A DNA stretch of 46,037 nucleotides. It comes from Verrucomicrobiota bacterium. GTDB lineage: Bacteria > Verrucomicrobiota > Verrucomicrobiia > Chthoniobacterales > UBA10450. The DNA lies in assembly GCA_003218885.1 (NCBI GenBank), contig QHOV01000154.1, positions 1 to 46,037 of the forward strand. The letters are read 5' to 3'. The notes under the pieces are model-generated. The model was not told the origin of the DNA. It worked only from the letters and a program-made list of their open reading frames with translations, and did no database searches. Both the position numbers and the translations under genes were made by a program. Positions 16,984-25,793 of this stretch are shown here, piece by piece (within the stretch, counting starts at the first letter, position 1; the number at the start of each line of letters is the position of its first letter).

Positions 16984-18939
16984 TCAACTCAGCGGCAGCC
17001 AACTGCCTGGTTGCGGTGATGGTCTCGTGCCGTTGAGAGTGAGGTAAGTGTATTCCTGGAGGAGACGCTCGTAGTCTGAAAGAAGCTTCATTGCATCGTT
17101 TGGCTTTAGTCGATCGGTTTTGATGGCGGCATCGACCTGGGCTTTTAGCAACCGCATTAATTCGACTTTGTCCCACTGCGTCATGGCAAGCACTTCGCCG
17201 ATGGTGCTGCCCTCGATGACTTCCTCGATGTACCAGCCTGATTCTTCGTCGGTATCCAGGAAGACATGCACCTCGGTCACGCGGCCGAACAAATTGTGCA
17301 GGTCGCCCATGATGTCCTGGTAAGCGCCCACCATGAAAACGCCGAGGTAATAAACTTCTCCAGGGTGAATCCGGTGCAGCGGCAATGTTTCCTTCACATC
17401 CTGCAGGTCGATAAACTTGCACACTTTGCCGTCAGAATCGCAGGTGATGTCCACTATGGTGCCGTGTCGGTCTGGCGGCGTAGTGAGCCGATGGATCGGC
17501 ATGATCGGAAAAAGTTGCCCGAGCGCCCAGTGATCGAGCAGCGATTGGAACACAGAGAAGTTGCAAATGTATTGATCGGCCAGCGTGACTTCGAGGTCCT
17601 TCACTTCATCGGGCACATAACGCAGGCCGCGATGCATGTTGACGATCTGATGCGCGACCTGCCAGTAAACGGTGTCGATCTTCGCTTTGGATTCGAGATC
17701 CAGCAGGCCAAGATCGAACGTTTGCTGCGCTTCCTCCTTTATCTGTTGAATGTCGTGAAGGCTTTCCAACCGATTTCCACGCTTCAGACGCTGTTTCACG
17801 TCCAGGATGTCGCCCACGAGTTTATGATCTTTCTCTGTGACTTCGACTCTGAGCTTCGGCGCAGTTTTTTCGATCGAGCTGAATGCTTCCAACACCAACA
17901 CGGAATGGTGCGCGACAATGGCGCGCCCGCTTTCACTTACAATGATCGGATGCGAAACGCCTTCGGAATCGCACACGTCCATGATGTTCCAGACAACGTC
18001 ATTGGCGTATTCCTGCAGTGAATAATTGGTCGAGCTATCGAAATCACTGCGCGATCCATCGTAATCCACGCCGAGACCGCCACCGACATCGAGATACCCG
18101 AGTTGATGTCCGAGTTTGCAAAGCTTTGCGTAATAGCGCGCCCCTTCGCGCACAGCTCGTTTGATCGTCGAAATGTCCGGCACCTGCGAGCCAACGTGGA
18201 AATGAAGGAGCTTGAGGCATTGTGTCAGGCCGGCCTCTTTCAACATCTGGCTGGCAGCCACGAGATTGGTGGTGTCGAGACCGAATTTGGCGTTCTCGCC
18301 GCCGCTCGGCGACCATTTGCCAGAGCCTTTGCTATACAAACGAGCGCGAATGCCAATGTATGGCTCGAGGCCGACCTCCTTTGACGCGCGAATGATCTGC
18401 TCCAACTCTTCCAGCTTTTCGGCGACGATGATGACCGATTTGCCAAGTTTGCGGCCAAGCAGCGCGATGCGAATGAAAGCGGGATCTTTGTAGCCGTTGC
18501 AGATGATCAAGCTCTCGTGGTCTTTCTGCATGGCAAGTGCGGCAACCAGCTCCGGTTTGCTGCCCGCCTCGAGCCCGAAATGAAATTGTTCGCCCGCATC
18601 GATGATTTCCTCGATCACCTCGCGCAGCTGATTGACTTTGATGGGAAAAACGCCGCGATACTGATTGCCATAACCAAACTCAGAGATCGCGCTTTGAAAC
18701 GCGCGATTAATTGATTCGACGCGGTGCCGGACCAAATCCTGAAACCGAATCAGCAACGGAAAACTGAGGTTTCTGGCACGCGCTTCGTTTACCACTGCGA
18801 GGATGTCGATCGAGCCACCATTATCCTGTAATGGCTTTGCTTCGACGTTGCCGGAGCTGTTGACAGTAAAATAACCCTCGCTCCATCCATCCACGTTGTA
18901 TGTGGCGATAGCGGACTCAAGGTCCCACTCGGTTTTCAT
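16984..18939 (-). CDS. speA: Biosynthetic arginine decarboxylase
   Basis: 'YNVDGWSEGYF.VN..G', 'VFPIKVNQ', 'LD.GGGLGVDYDG', 'CDSDG'. The start at ATG 18939 (MKTEWDL) is preferred over the upstream ATG 18981. Confidence 0.93.
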   Translation of the reverse strand: MKTEWDLESAIATYNVDGWSEGYFTVNSSGNVEAKPLQDNGGSIDILAVVNEARARNLSFPLLIRFQDLVRHRVESINRAFQSAISEFGYGNQYRGVFPIKVNQLREVIEEIIDAGEQFHFGLEAGSKPELVAALAMQKDHESLIICNGYKDPAFIRIALLGRKLGKSVIIVAEKLEELEQIIRASKEVGLEPYIGIRARLYSKGSGKWSPSGGENAKFGLDTTNLVAASQMLKEAGLTQCLKLLHFHVGSQVPDISTIKRAVREGARYYAKLCKLGHQLGYLDVGGGLGVDYDGSRSDFDSSTNYSLQEYANDVVWNIMDVCDSEGVSHPIIVSESGRAIVAHHSVLVLEAFSSIEKTAPKLRVEVTEKDHKLVGDILDVKQRLKRGNRLESLHDIQQIKEEAQQTFDLGLLDLESKAKIDTVYWQVAHQIVNMHRGLRYVPDEVKDLEVTLADQYICNFSVFQSLLDHWALGQLFPIMPIHRLTTPPDRHGTIVDITCDSDGKVCKFIDLQDVKETLPLHRIHPGEVYYLGVFMVGAYQDIMGDLHNLFGRVTEVHVFLDTDEESGWYIEEVIEGSTIGEVLAMTQWDKVELMRLLKAQVDAAIKTDRLKPNDAMKLLSDYERLLQEYTYLTLNGTRPSPQPGSWLPLS

Positions 18940-19099
18940 TTCGATTTGTCGCGCGGCCGCAACCGCAAACCGCATATTCAATCAGCGCGTCCAACATTCA
19001 AGCCCGCAGAATCAAATTTTCATGCCGCTTATTATGAGATGAATGGGTCGAAAAAAGTGCACCGCTTGTGTTTCATTTCGCTGCGGATAACGTTCGCTC

Positions 19100-19570
19100 G
19101 TGAACAAGACGGTGATCGAAGTGCAGGTGCGGGCGGTTTTGCCGACGAGCGGCGGGTGCGCGGTATTTATTGGCAATAACGAGAAGGTGTTCATCATCTA
19201 TGTCGATCAAACAGTGGGCAGCGCGATCACCATGTTCATGCGTCAGATCACCAAGGAGCGGCCGCTCACCCACGATTTGATGGCGCATTTGATGACGGCT
19301 CTCGGCGCAAAAGTTGACCGCGTCATTATCAATGATCTGAAAAATGCCACCTACTACGCGCGGGTCATCATCCGGGTCCAAAACGAGTTGCAGCAGAAAA
19401 AGATCATCGAGCTCGATGGGCGACCCAGCGATTGCATCGCCATGGCCACGCAGCAGAAGGCGCCAATTTATGTGAGTCAGGACGTCTGGGACGAAGTGGA
19501 CGATATGAGCGACGTCTTGCGCAAGATGGAGGAAGAGGGACTCAGGCCGGACCCGGAAACCGAAGAGTGA
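19100..19570 (+). CDS. Bifunctional nuclease (BFN/DUF151) family protein
   Basis: 156 aa with a GTG start. 'ERPLTHDLM..L...G..V..V.I.DL...TYYA' is typical of the DUF151 domain. Confidence 0.8.
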   Translation: MNKTVIEVQVRAVLPTSGGCAVFIGNNEKVFIIYVDQTVGSAITMFMRQITKERPLTHDLMAHLMTALGAKVDRVIINDLKNATYYARVIIRVQNELQQKKIIELDGRPSDCIAMATQQKAPIYVSQDVWDEVDDMSDVLRKMEEEGLRPDPETEE

Positions 19571-19573
19571 TTT

Positions 19574-19596
19574 TGTAGCGGGGGTCTATGACCGCC
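19574..19596 (-). repeat. Family-4 repeat
   Basis: TGTAGCGGGGGTCTATGACCGCC is the reverse complement of the 13065 copy with 2 mismatches. Confidence 0.7.
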
Positions 19597-19629
19597 GAAA
19601 TTCACTCCGAGGCCGGAGCCACCTACAGC

Positions 19630-21399
19630 TTAGCCCAATAAATCCCCGTAGCGCTTGTCCGCTAATTCGAGGCAACGCGCCAGAATTTCTGAAGCGGTGT
19701 TGAGCTTGAATGTTTCCTCCACCAGCTCGCGACATTCAGGAATGGCCAGACTCTGCACGGCGCGCTTGACTCTCGGAACCAGGATCGCCGCCGTGCTGAG
19801 CTCGTCCATGCCGAGACCCAGCAAGAGCGGGACGAGCGCGATATCTCCTGCCATTTCTCCGCACACGCCCACCCAGATATTATTGGCGTGGGCCGCATCG
19901 GCGATCATCTTGAGCAAACGCAGTACTGCCGGATGGGTCGGCTGGTAAAGATGCGCGATCTTCTCGTTCACACGATCGACCGCAAGCGCATACTGAATCA
20001 GATCGTTTGTTCCGACACTGAAAAAATCGACTTCAGGCGCAAGCACGTTGGCAGAAATGGCTGCGCTCGGGATTTCGATCATCGCACCAACTTCGACCTT
20101 TTCGGCCATCTCGATTTTCGAGCTGCGCAGCTCTTTTTTGCACTCCTCAAGCGCGGCGATGGCGCTTCGCAATTCATCCAACCCGGAGATCATGGGAAAC
20201 ATGATTTTTATGTTGCCGACGGCGCTGGCAAGCAGAATCGCGCGCAACTGCGTCTTAAAGATGTCCAGGTTCTCGAGACAGAAACGGATCGCGCGCCAGC
20301 CAAGAAATGGGTTTAACTCGTCGGCGATATCTACTGTCCCCGGAGCCAACTTATCGCCGCCGAGATCAAATGTTCGAATAATCAGCGGATTGGGCCGGAC
20401 GCGCTCCGCGACTTTTCGATAAGTTTCATATTGTTCGTCCTCGGTTGGCAGAGTGGTTCGATTCAAATAGAGGAACTCGGTGCGATAAAGTCCGATGCCC
20501 TCGGCGCCATTGGCCGGCACGGCATCGACGTCTTCCGGAAGTTCGATGTTTGCCGATAAAACAATATGATGGCCATCGCGTGTAGTTGAAGTTGTCTCAC
20601 GCAATTCTTTCAGTCGCGCCACGACTTTGGCTCTTCGTGATTCGATCTCCGCGTAGCGCGCAAGCGTTTCCGGCGTCGGAGCGACGATCAGACAGCCATC
20701 ACTCCCATCAAGGAGAACGTGTTGGCCAGTCTCCAGTTTTGCAGTGATATCGTGCAAGCCGACCACAGCCGGGATACCGAGAGAACGCGCTAGAATCGCC
20801 GCATGCGAAGTGCGGCTGCCGAGATCCGTCGCGATCCCGAGTACGTTCGCCCGGTTCATGCTTGCGGTATCTGAAGGGGTGAGATTATGCGCTACCAGAA
20901 TGTGCGGCTCGGTCAGTGCAAGAAATGTCTTGGGAGCTTTCCCCTGCAGGTTGCGAATTACCCGCTTCGTTACGTCTTGGATATCAAGTGCCCGCTCTCG
21001 CAGATAGGGATCATCGATCTTGTTCAGCGTCTCGGCGTAGCGCGTCGCAACTTCCTGGAAAATCCATTCCACATTGCACAGATCGGTCTCCAGCTTGCGG
21101 AGCACTTCGTCGATTAACGTGCGGTCCTCGACCACCAGCAGATGAGCATCGAATATCGCGGCATCTTTTGCTCCGATCGATTCTGCAATGCGCTGCTGCA
21201 TTTCCAAAATCTGCATGCGCGTTTGGATAAGAGCCGCTTCGAAGCGACTGATTTCATCCGCCACCTGGGAAGGGGCAATACGGTAACGCACCACCTCGTC
21301 CAGCTCGTCGCGCACGACGTGAATCTTGCCGTGGGCGATTCCGGGCGAGACGCCAGCTCCTTCAAACCGAATTTCTTTTAGCGCGTTGTCCCCGCTCAT
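19630..21399 (-). CDS. ptsI: Phosphoenolpyruvate--protein phosphotransferase (PTS Enzyme I)
   Basis: 589 aa. 'GSRTSHAAILARSLGIPAVVG' (active-site His region), 'FFSVGTNDLIQY', 'GVCGEMAGD'. Confidence 0.95.
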   Translation of the reverse strand: MSGDNALKEIRFEGAGVSPGIAHGKIHVVRDELDEVVRYRIAPSQVADEISRFEAALIQTRMQILEMQQRIAESIGAKDAAIFDAHLLVVEDRTLIDEVLRKLETDLCNVEWIFQEVATRYAETLNKIDDPYLRERALDIQDVTKRVIRNLQGKAPKTFLALTEPHILVAHNLTPSDTASMNRANVLGIATDLGSRTSHAAILARSLGIPAVVGLHDITAKLETGQHVLLDGSDGCLIVAPTPETLARYAEIESRRAKVVARLKELRETTSTTRDGHHIVLSANIELPEDVDAVPANGAEGIGLYRTEFLYLNRTTLPTEDEQYETYRKVAERVRPNPLIIRTFDLGGDKLAPGTVDIADELNPFLGWRAIRFCLENLDIFKTQLRAILLASAVGNIKIMFPMISGLDELRSAIAALEECKKELRSSKIEMAEKVEVGAMIEIPSAAISANVLAPEVDFFSVGTNDLIQYALAVDRVNEKIAHLYQPTHPAVLRLLKMIADAAHANNIWVGVCGEMAGDIALVPLLLGLGMDELSTAAILVPRVKRAVQSLAIPECRELVEETFKLNTASEILARCLELADKRYGDLLG

Positions 21400-21470
21400 C
21401 CACTTGCGAGAGTAAGGCAGATGTCAAACATTGCGAACTCGCCGTTAGCATGTGGCAGGCGACCCTCGCC

Positions 21471-21782
21471 TCAATCTTCGTTAAAGCGCGCATTGATCAA
21501 TCCCTCCAGGTCCTCCATTGCTTTTTCGGCATCTGGTCCCTCGCAACGGATACACAGCTTTGATCCCTGCCCGGCAGCCAGCATCATCAGGCCCATTATG
21601 CTTTTGCCGTTTACTTCCTCGCCTTCCTTCGAAACCCAAATTTCCGAGCGGTAACGGCTCGCGATGCGCACAAACATCGCGGCCGGCCTGGCATGCAGCC
21701 CGAGCCGATTCACGATCGGAATTTCTTTCTCAATCTTCTCGACGGCTGCCGCGCGGTTTGCTCTCCGATATAATAACGCCAT
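21471..21782 (-). CDS. ptsH: Phosphocarrier protein HPr
   Basis: 'NRLGLHARPA' (His-15 site) and 'GKSIMGLM' (Ser-46 site). The start overlaps the hprK stop (TAATG). Confidence 0.92.
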   Translation of the reverse strand: MALLYRRANRAAAVEKIEKEIPIVNRLGLHARPAAMFVRIASRYRSEIWVSKEGEEVNGKSIMGLMMLAAGQGSKLCIRCEGPDAEKAMEDLEGLINARFNED

Positions 21783-22720
21783 TATGTCGCTCCTTTTTGC
21801 TCCATCAACCCAAGGAGCTTCGTGTTGAAATCGACGGCTGCGTTTTGGCCCAGGCCTTTCAATTTCTCGTCCATCGCCGCGACCTCGATCAACCGCGCCA
21901 TGTCGCGGCCGGGCCTGACTGGAATCGTCACATGTGGTACTCGAAGCCCGAGGATCTCGTAAAATTCCCGGTCGAGCCCGATCCGATCGACCTCCTCTAC
22001 CTCGTGCCAGTCTTTGAGAGTGACAACAAGGTCGAGGCGTTTCTCGATTCGAATACTCCCGATGCCGAAAACCTTCGCCACGTCGATAATCCCGATTCCG
22101 CGCACCTCCATGTGATTGCGGGTGAGTTCCGGGGCCGTCGCCATGAGCTCGCGTCCCTCCAGCATCGTAATCCGAGTCACGTCGTCAGCCACCAAGCTGT
22201 AGCCACGCTCGATCAGCCCAAGCACGCACTCGCTTTTTCCGATGCCGCTCGCTCCGCGAATCAAAACGCCTATGCCAAGGACGTCCACCATGCTGCCGAA
22301 TTCGGTCACCGTCGGCGAAAAATCCATCTCCAAAGCGATCGTGGCGGCGTTGATGAACTTCATTGTAATCATTGGGGTGCGGAACACCGCGATTGTTGCT
22401 TCTCCCGTCACCGCCAGCAACTCTGGAGCAAGATGAAACCCGCGCGACATCACCAAACAAGGGATCTTGCGCTCGCATAACGCGCGGAATCTCCTTACCC
22501 TCACATTTGCCCGCAAACTCTTTAGATACGAATGCTCAGCCGCTCCCAATACCTGCACCCGTTTCTCGGCGAAATAGGTGTAGAAGCCTGAGAGTGCGAG
22601 ACCGGGGCGATTAATAGTTGGCTCGCGGATTTTCCGATGGAACCCCACGCGCGGGCCCTCCAGTTTCATTTGCAGTTTTTCGGCGTGAGAATTGTAAAAG
22701 CTTTCGACCCCATCAGACAT
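21782..22720 (-). CDS. hprK: HPr kinase/phosphorylase
   Basis: P-loop 'GASGIGKSE', 'GLIERGY.LVADD', 'LEVRG.GI'. ATG 22720 gives a typical ~312-aa length; the track ORF extends to 22828. Confidence 0.92.
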   Translation of the reverse strand: MSDGVESFYNSHAEKLQMKLEGPRVGFHRKIREPTINRPGLALSGFYTYFAEKRVQVLGAAEHSYLKSLRANVRVRRFRALCERKIPCLVMSRGFHLAPELLAVTGEATIAVFRTPMITMKFINAATIALEMDFSPTVTEFGSMVDVLGIGVLIRGASGIGKSECVLGLIERGYSLVADDVTRITMLEGRELMATAPELTRNHMEVRGIGIIDVAKVFGIGSIRIEKRLDLVVTLKDWHEVEEVDRIGLDREFYEILGLRVPHVTIPVRPGRDMARLIEVAAMDEKLKGLGQNAAVDFNTKLLGLMEQKGAT

Positions 22721-22882
22721 AACTTCTAGCGTGAATAACGCGCAATTTCCAATCTGCATCGAAAAGCAAGCGATGCGCTTCTCTCTTGCTGACGGTCCTG
22801 CTCGTAATCGAGACTCGATAACAAACACGATCGCCAGCAGAATGAAATGTCAGTGATTCACGGCTAAGCTTCGAGCACGAGC

Positions 22883-23623
22883 ATGAGCATCAGCACGAGC
22901 GACGAAGGAAATTGGGTCAAAATCGATTTGCACATTCACACTCTCGATGATCCCAAGGACGCGGTGGATTATTCCGCCCATCAATTGCTGGAGCGCGCGC
23001 GGTCGCTTGGGTTTGGCGTCCTCGCGATCACACTGCACGATGCAGTGTTTGACCGAAAGGAAGTGTTCGCTGATGCGGCGACAATGGGCATTCTGCTCAT
23101 ACCCGCCGCCGAGATGCGCTTGTGCGGCGCGGACGTCATCGTGCTGAATGTCACTTCCGAGGAAGTCGCGCAGTTAAAAAATTTCGACGATCTACGACGG
23201 CTGCGAGCGCAGCGGGGAAGTTCCGTCTTCACTATTGCGCCGCATCCGTTTTACATTCTTGGCGGCTCAATCGGAGCGCGTCTGTTCGCAGAAATCGAGT
23301 GTTTCGATGCGATCGAGCTCTGCCATTTTCACATCGGTCTGTTCAATCCGAATCGCCGCGCAAAAAGAGTGGCATCCCGGTTTGGGAAACCATTAATTGC
23401 GACTTCCGACGCGCACCGGCTGCATGCCTTTGGGCAGCATTACACCAGCATCCCGATGCCGCCTGCACTTACCGTCGGAAATGTCTTCGCGGCTTTGCGC
23501 AACGGTCCGTTGCGCCTAACGAGTCCTCCTTGCAGCTTCGCCGACCTAGCGAGCGCGATTTATTTTGTCTTTCTTACGCACCCGTTCCGACTACGGCGGA
23601 AAATCGCCGCCGCGATGAGGTAA
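22883..23623 (+). CDS. PHP-domain metal-dependent phosphoesterase
   Basis: 246 aa. 'IDLHIHTLDD', 'AITLHD', 'SDAHR' are PHP-family His/Asp motifs. Confidence 0.8.
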   Translation: MSISTSDEGNWVKIDLHIHTLDDPKDAVDYSAHQLLERARSLGFGVLAITLHDAVFDRKEVFADAATMGILLIPAAEMRLCGADVIVLNVTSEEVAQLKNFDDLRRLRAQRGSSVFTIAPHPFYILGGSIGARLFAEIECFDAIELCHFHIGLFNPNRRAKRVASRFGKPLIATSDAHRLHAFGQHYTSIPMPPALTVGNVFAALRNGPLRLTSPPCSFADLASAIYFVFLTHPFRLRRKIAAAMR

Positions 23624-23640
23624 AAAACTCGCTCGGTGCC

Positions 23641-25788
23641 TCAGTGCTGAGGGGCTGCCGTCGCCAAGTCGTAAATTGCGCCCCAATCACCGGAGGCTAC
23701 GAGAAAGGACGTAGCTTCCCATGGGCGGCTGCTTGATTGGTAGTTGGTCCGTTCGTCCTGGCCCCAAAAGATATAGCGGACGCCTAAGGCCTGCGCAGCG
23801 TCGCGCCAGTTTGCGGCTCCGTTCATTAAAGCTGTCAGCCGATTGTTCACGTCGCCGTATTCAAATCCTTCCGTCCACAGATGACCGGGATATCCCAGCA
23901 CAGCTTTGCGGCCTTGTAACAAGACCGGACTGTTGAAGGTCGGGTATGCAGCGAAGCGCGCTTCCACCGGCAAAGGCCGAATCGCTGCGCCAGCGTAGTC
24001 GAGTCTCGCGCGCTCGATGAGTCCAAAGCCCGGGTGCCCGGCAGACAATCCGCCGAGCAAAGTAACAAATCCCGAACCAAACAGCGCGATGCAAATCGCC
24101 GCCCGTTCCGGAAAGGCCCAGCGCCCGAGGATGTCGCTCCACAGAAAAGGCAGAATGAGAAAGTAGCCCCAGACCATGAGCTTGAGGTTGTCCCATTCCC
24201 ATGGGGCGGTTTTGAAAAAGTAACCCAACGCGAAGATCGCAACAGCGGGCAAGACAAAGGCTACATCCGCTGGAGGTCTGTTCCCCCAGCGCCACCCGGC
24301 TTTCCAAATATGCCAGCCGACCAAGCCCAGAAGCGTCAGCGCCAAAGGAATCCACAAGCCGAAGTTTGTTAGCCAAAATTGAAAAAACGGAGCGATGACG
24401 CCGTTCCAAGTTTTTTGCAGCATCAAACCAAACGCCGTGGAAGATCCAAAATTTTGAGCGCCACCCATTCGGAAAAAAGGAGCGGCGAACTCCTGCGAAT
24501 CTTGGGCCCAGCCAGGATTCCATTTGAGTATCGACGCTGCACGAAAGTGATCGGTAACCAGCCAGACAAAAAAAGTTGCTGGAACTAACGCAATCGACAG
24601 CATCGCGGCGGCGTGTCTGCGAATCGGCGCGCCCCGGAAAATTTCCGGCCACATCTTTGGGTGCGAAATCAGGCGACCGAGTCCGGAGCTGCCTTCGTTG
24701 CGAGTCAAATCCACGATAAACCTGATTTCACTGGGACGTTCAAGAACCAGCGCAAACACCAGGACGACCGTCAGGGCGATAAATGTGTGGAGATTGAATA
24801 GCGGCATGGATGCGTAAAGGGAAAACTCGACCCAGAAAGGCAGGGGGCCCTTTCGGTAGCCGCGGACATCGACTGCAACGGATTGGCCAGAGTCATCCGC
24901 ATTCGCAGAGCCTGCGGCGGACGGGTCGCCCGCAGCCACAACATTTTGGCGAAAGAATCTTTCTCGCCAGTGCCAGAGCAGGACCAAGGCTGCCGGGATC
25001 GCGTAAAGCCAGCCACGTTGCGTCACGAACATGGACAACGGAATACTTTTCCACGCGATCGGTCTGTGGGCGATATCTGCCGCCGTCCCCTGATAATCCA
25101 AAAACTTCCACGTCTTGAAGAACTGGAAACCGGCTATTCCGCCGTTGAACAAGAAACCTGCAACCGCGAAGGCGCCGCCCCAGCGGTAGAACCCGTAGAA
25201 AGTTGCGAGCGACGCAACCAGACCGACCCAAACCAAGCCGGTAATCAGATCGACATGAACCAGTGAAAGCAGAGCATTGAATAAATCGATCCCTGCCGGA
25301 TACCGCAGTTTGCTAAAGACGTAGATGGGATTGTCCGGCCAAAGCGGAACGCCGTTGGCAAAAGTTTTGATCAATGTCAGATGCAGCGAGAGATCGCCGA
25401 GATTGTTTGGCGATTGGATCTTATAGTCGCTGCCGTCGATGTAGAACAACCAGCAAAAGGATCGGACGGCAAACATCGCGAAGCACACGGCCATTGCCCA
25501 GAACCACACACGGCGATACCGCATGATTGCCGACCAAGTGCGTGCACCTGGCTGGCTTTCAGGTTGCGAAGCGTTCCGCGGCTTCTGTTCCCATTCCGGA
25601 GGATTTGCAGTTTTTTCGCGACCTGCCGGATCAGACGTTCCAAGAAACGCTGCACCCGCAAACGCAGCGCCGCATACCAATGCGAGAGCCGCGCTCAACG
25701 TGTTCAAGCCTCTTCCGGCCATTCCCAGAAGAAGGCCGCAGACCACCGAAAAATTAACAAAGGTGAGAACCGCCGTAAGCCACTTCAT
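23641..25788 (-). CDS. Large polytopic membrane protein, unknown function (possible GT-C-like / DUF2298-like partner of the adjacent gene)
   Basis: 715 aa with more than 12 hydrophobic helices and a soluble C-terminal ~110 aa. It sits 5 nt downstream of the TIGR03663-like gene on the same strand. Confidence 0.7.
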   Translation of the reverse strand: MKWLTAVLTFVNFSVVCGLLLGMAGRGLNTLSAALALVCGAAFAGAAFLGTSDPAGREKTANPPEWEQKPRNASQPESQPGARTWSAIMRYRRVWFWAMAVCFAMFAVRSFCWLFYIDGSDYKIQSPNNLGDLSLHLTLIKTFANGVPLWPDNPIYVFSKLRYPAGIDLFNALLSLVHVDLITGLVWVGLVASLATFYGFYRWGGAFAVAGFLFNGGIAGFQFFKTWKFLDYQGTAADIAHRPIAWKSIPLSMFVTQRGWLYAIPAALVLLWHWRERFFRQNVVAAGDPSAAGSANADDSGQSVAVDVRGYRKGPLPFWVEFSLYASMPLFNLHTFIALTVVLVFALVLERPSEIRFIVDLTRNEGSSGLGRLISHPKMWPEIFRGAPIRRHAAAMLSIALVPATFFVWLVTDHFRAASILKWNPGWAQDSQEFAAPFFRMGGAQNFGSSTAFGLMLQKTWNGVIAPFFQFWLTNFGLWIPLALTLLGLVGWHIWKAGWRWGNRPPADVAFVLPAVAIFALGYFFKTAPWEWDNLKLMVWGYFLILPFLWSDILGRWAFPERAAICIALFGSGFVTLLGGLSAGHPGFGLIERARLDYAGAAIRPLPVEARFAAYPTFNSPVLLQGRKAVLGYPGHLWTEGFEYGDVNNRLTALMNGAANWRDAAQALGVRYIFWGQDERTNYQSSSRPWEATSFLVASGDWGAIYDLATAAPQH

Positions 25789-25793
25789 GGAAG

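Noticed and set aside
15951-18021. Long antisense or alternative-frame ORFs inside asnS and speA (15951..16700, 16871..17422, 17266..18021). Similar cases lie inside hprK (21518..22480), secA (42789..43631), rfbD (28531..29145), the methyltransferase (31315..31902), the TonB_C lipoprotein (32927..33529), the 715-aa membrane protein (23861..24652) and aat (41657..42319).
   Set aside because: Each lies opposite to, or out of frame with, a gene that has unambiguous family motifs. Their translations are low-complexity and Arg/Ala/Gly-rich, as expected for GC-rich antisense frames.
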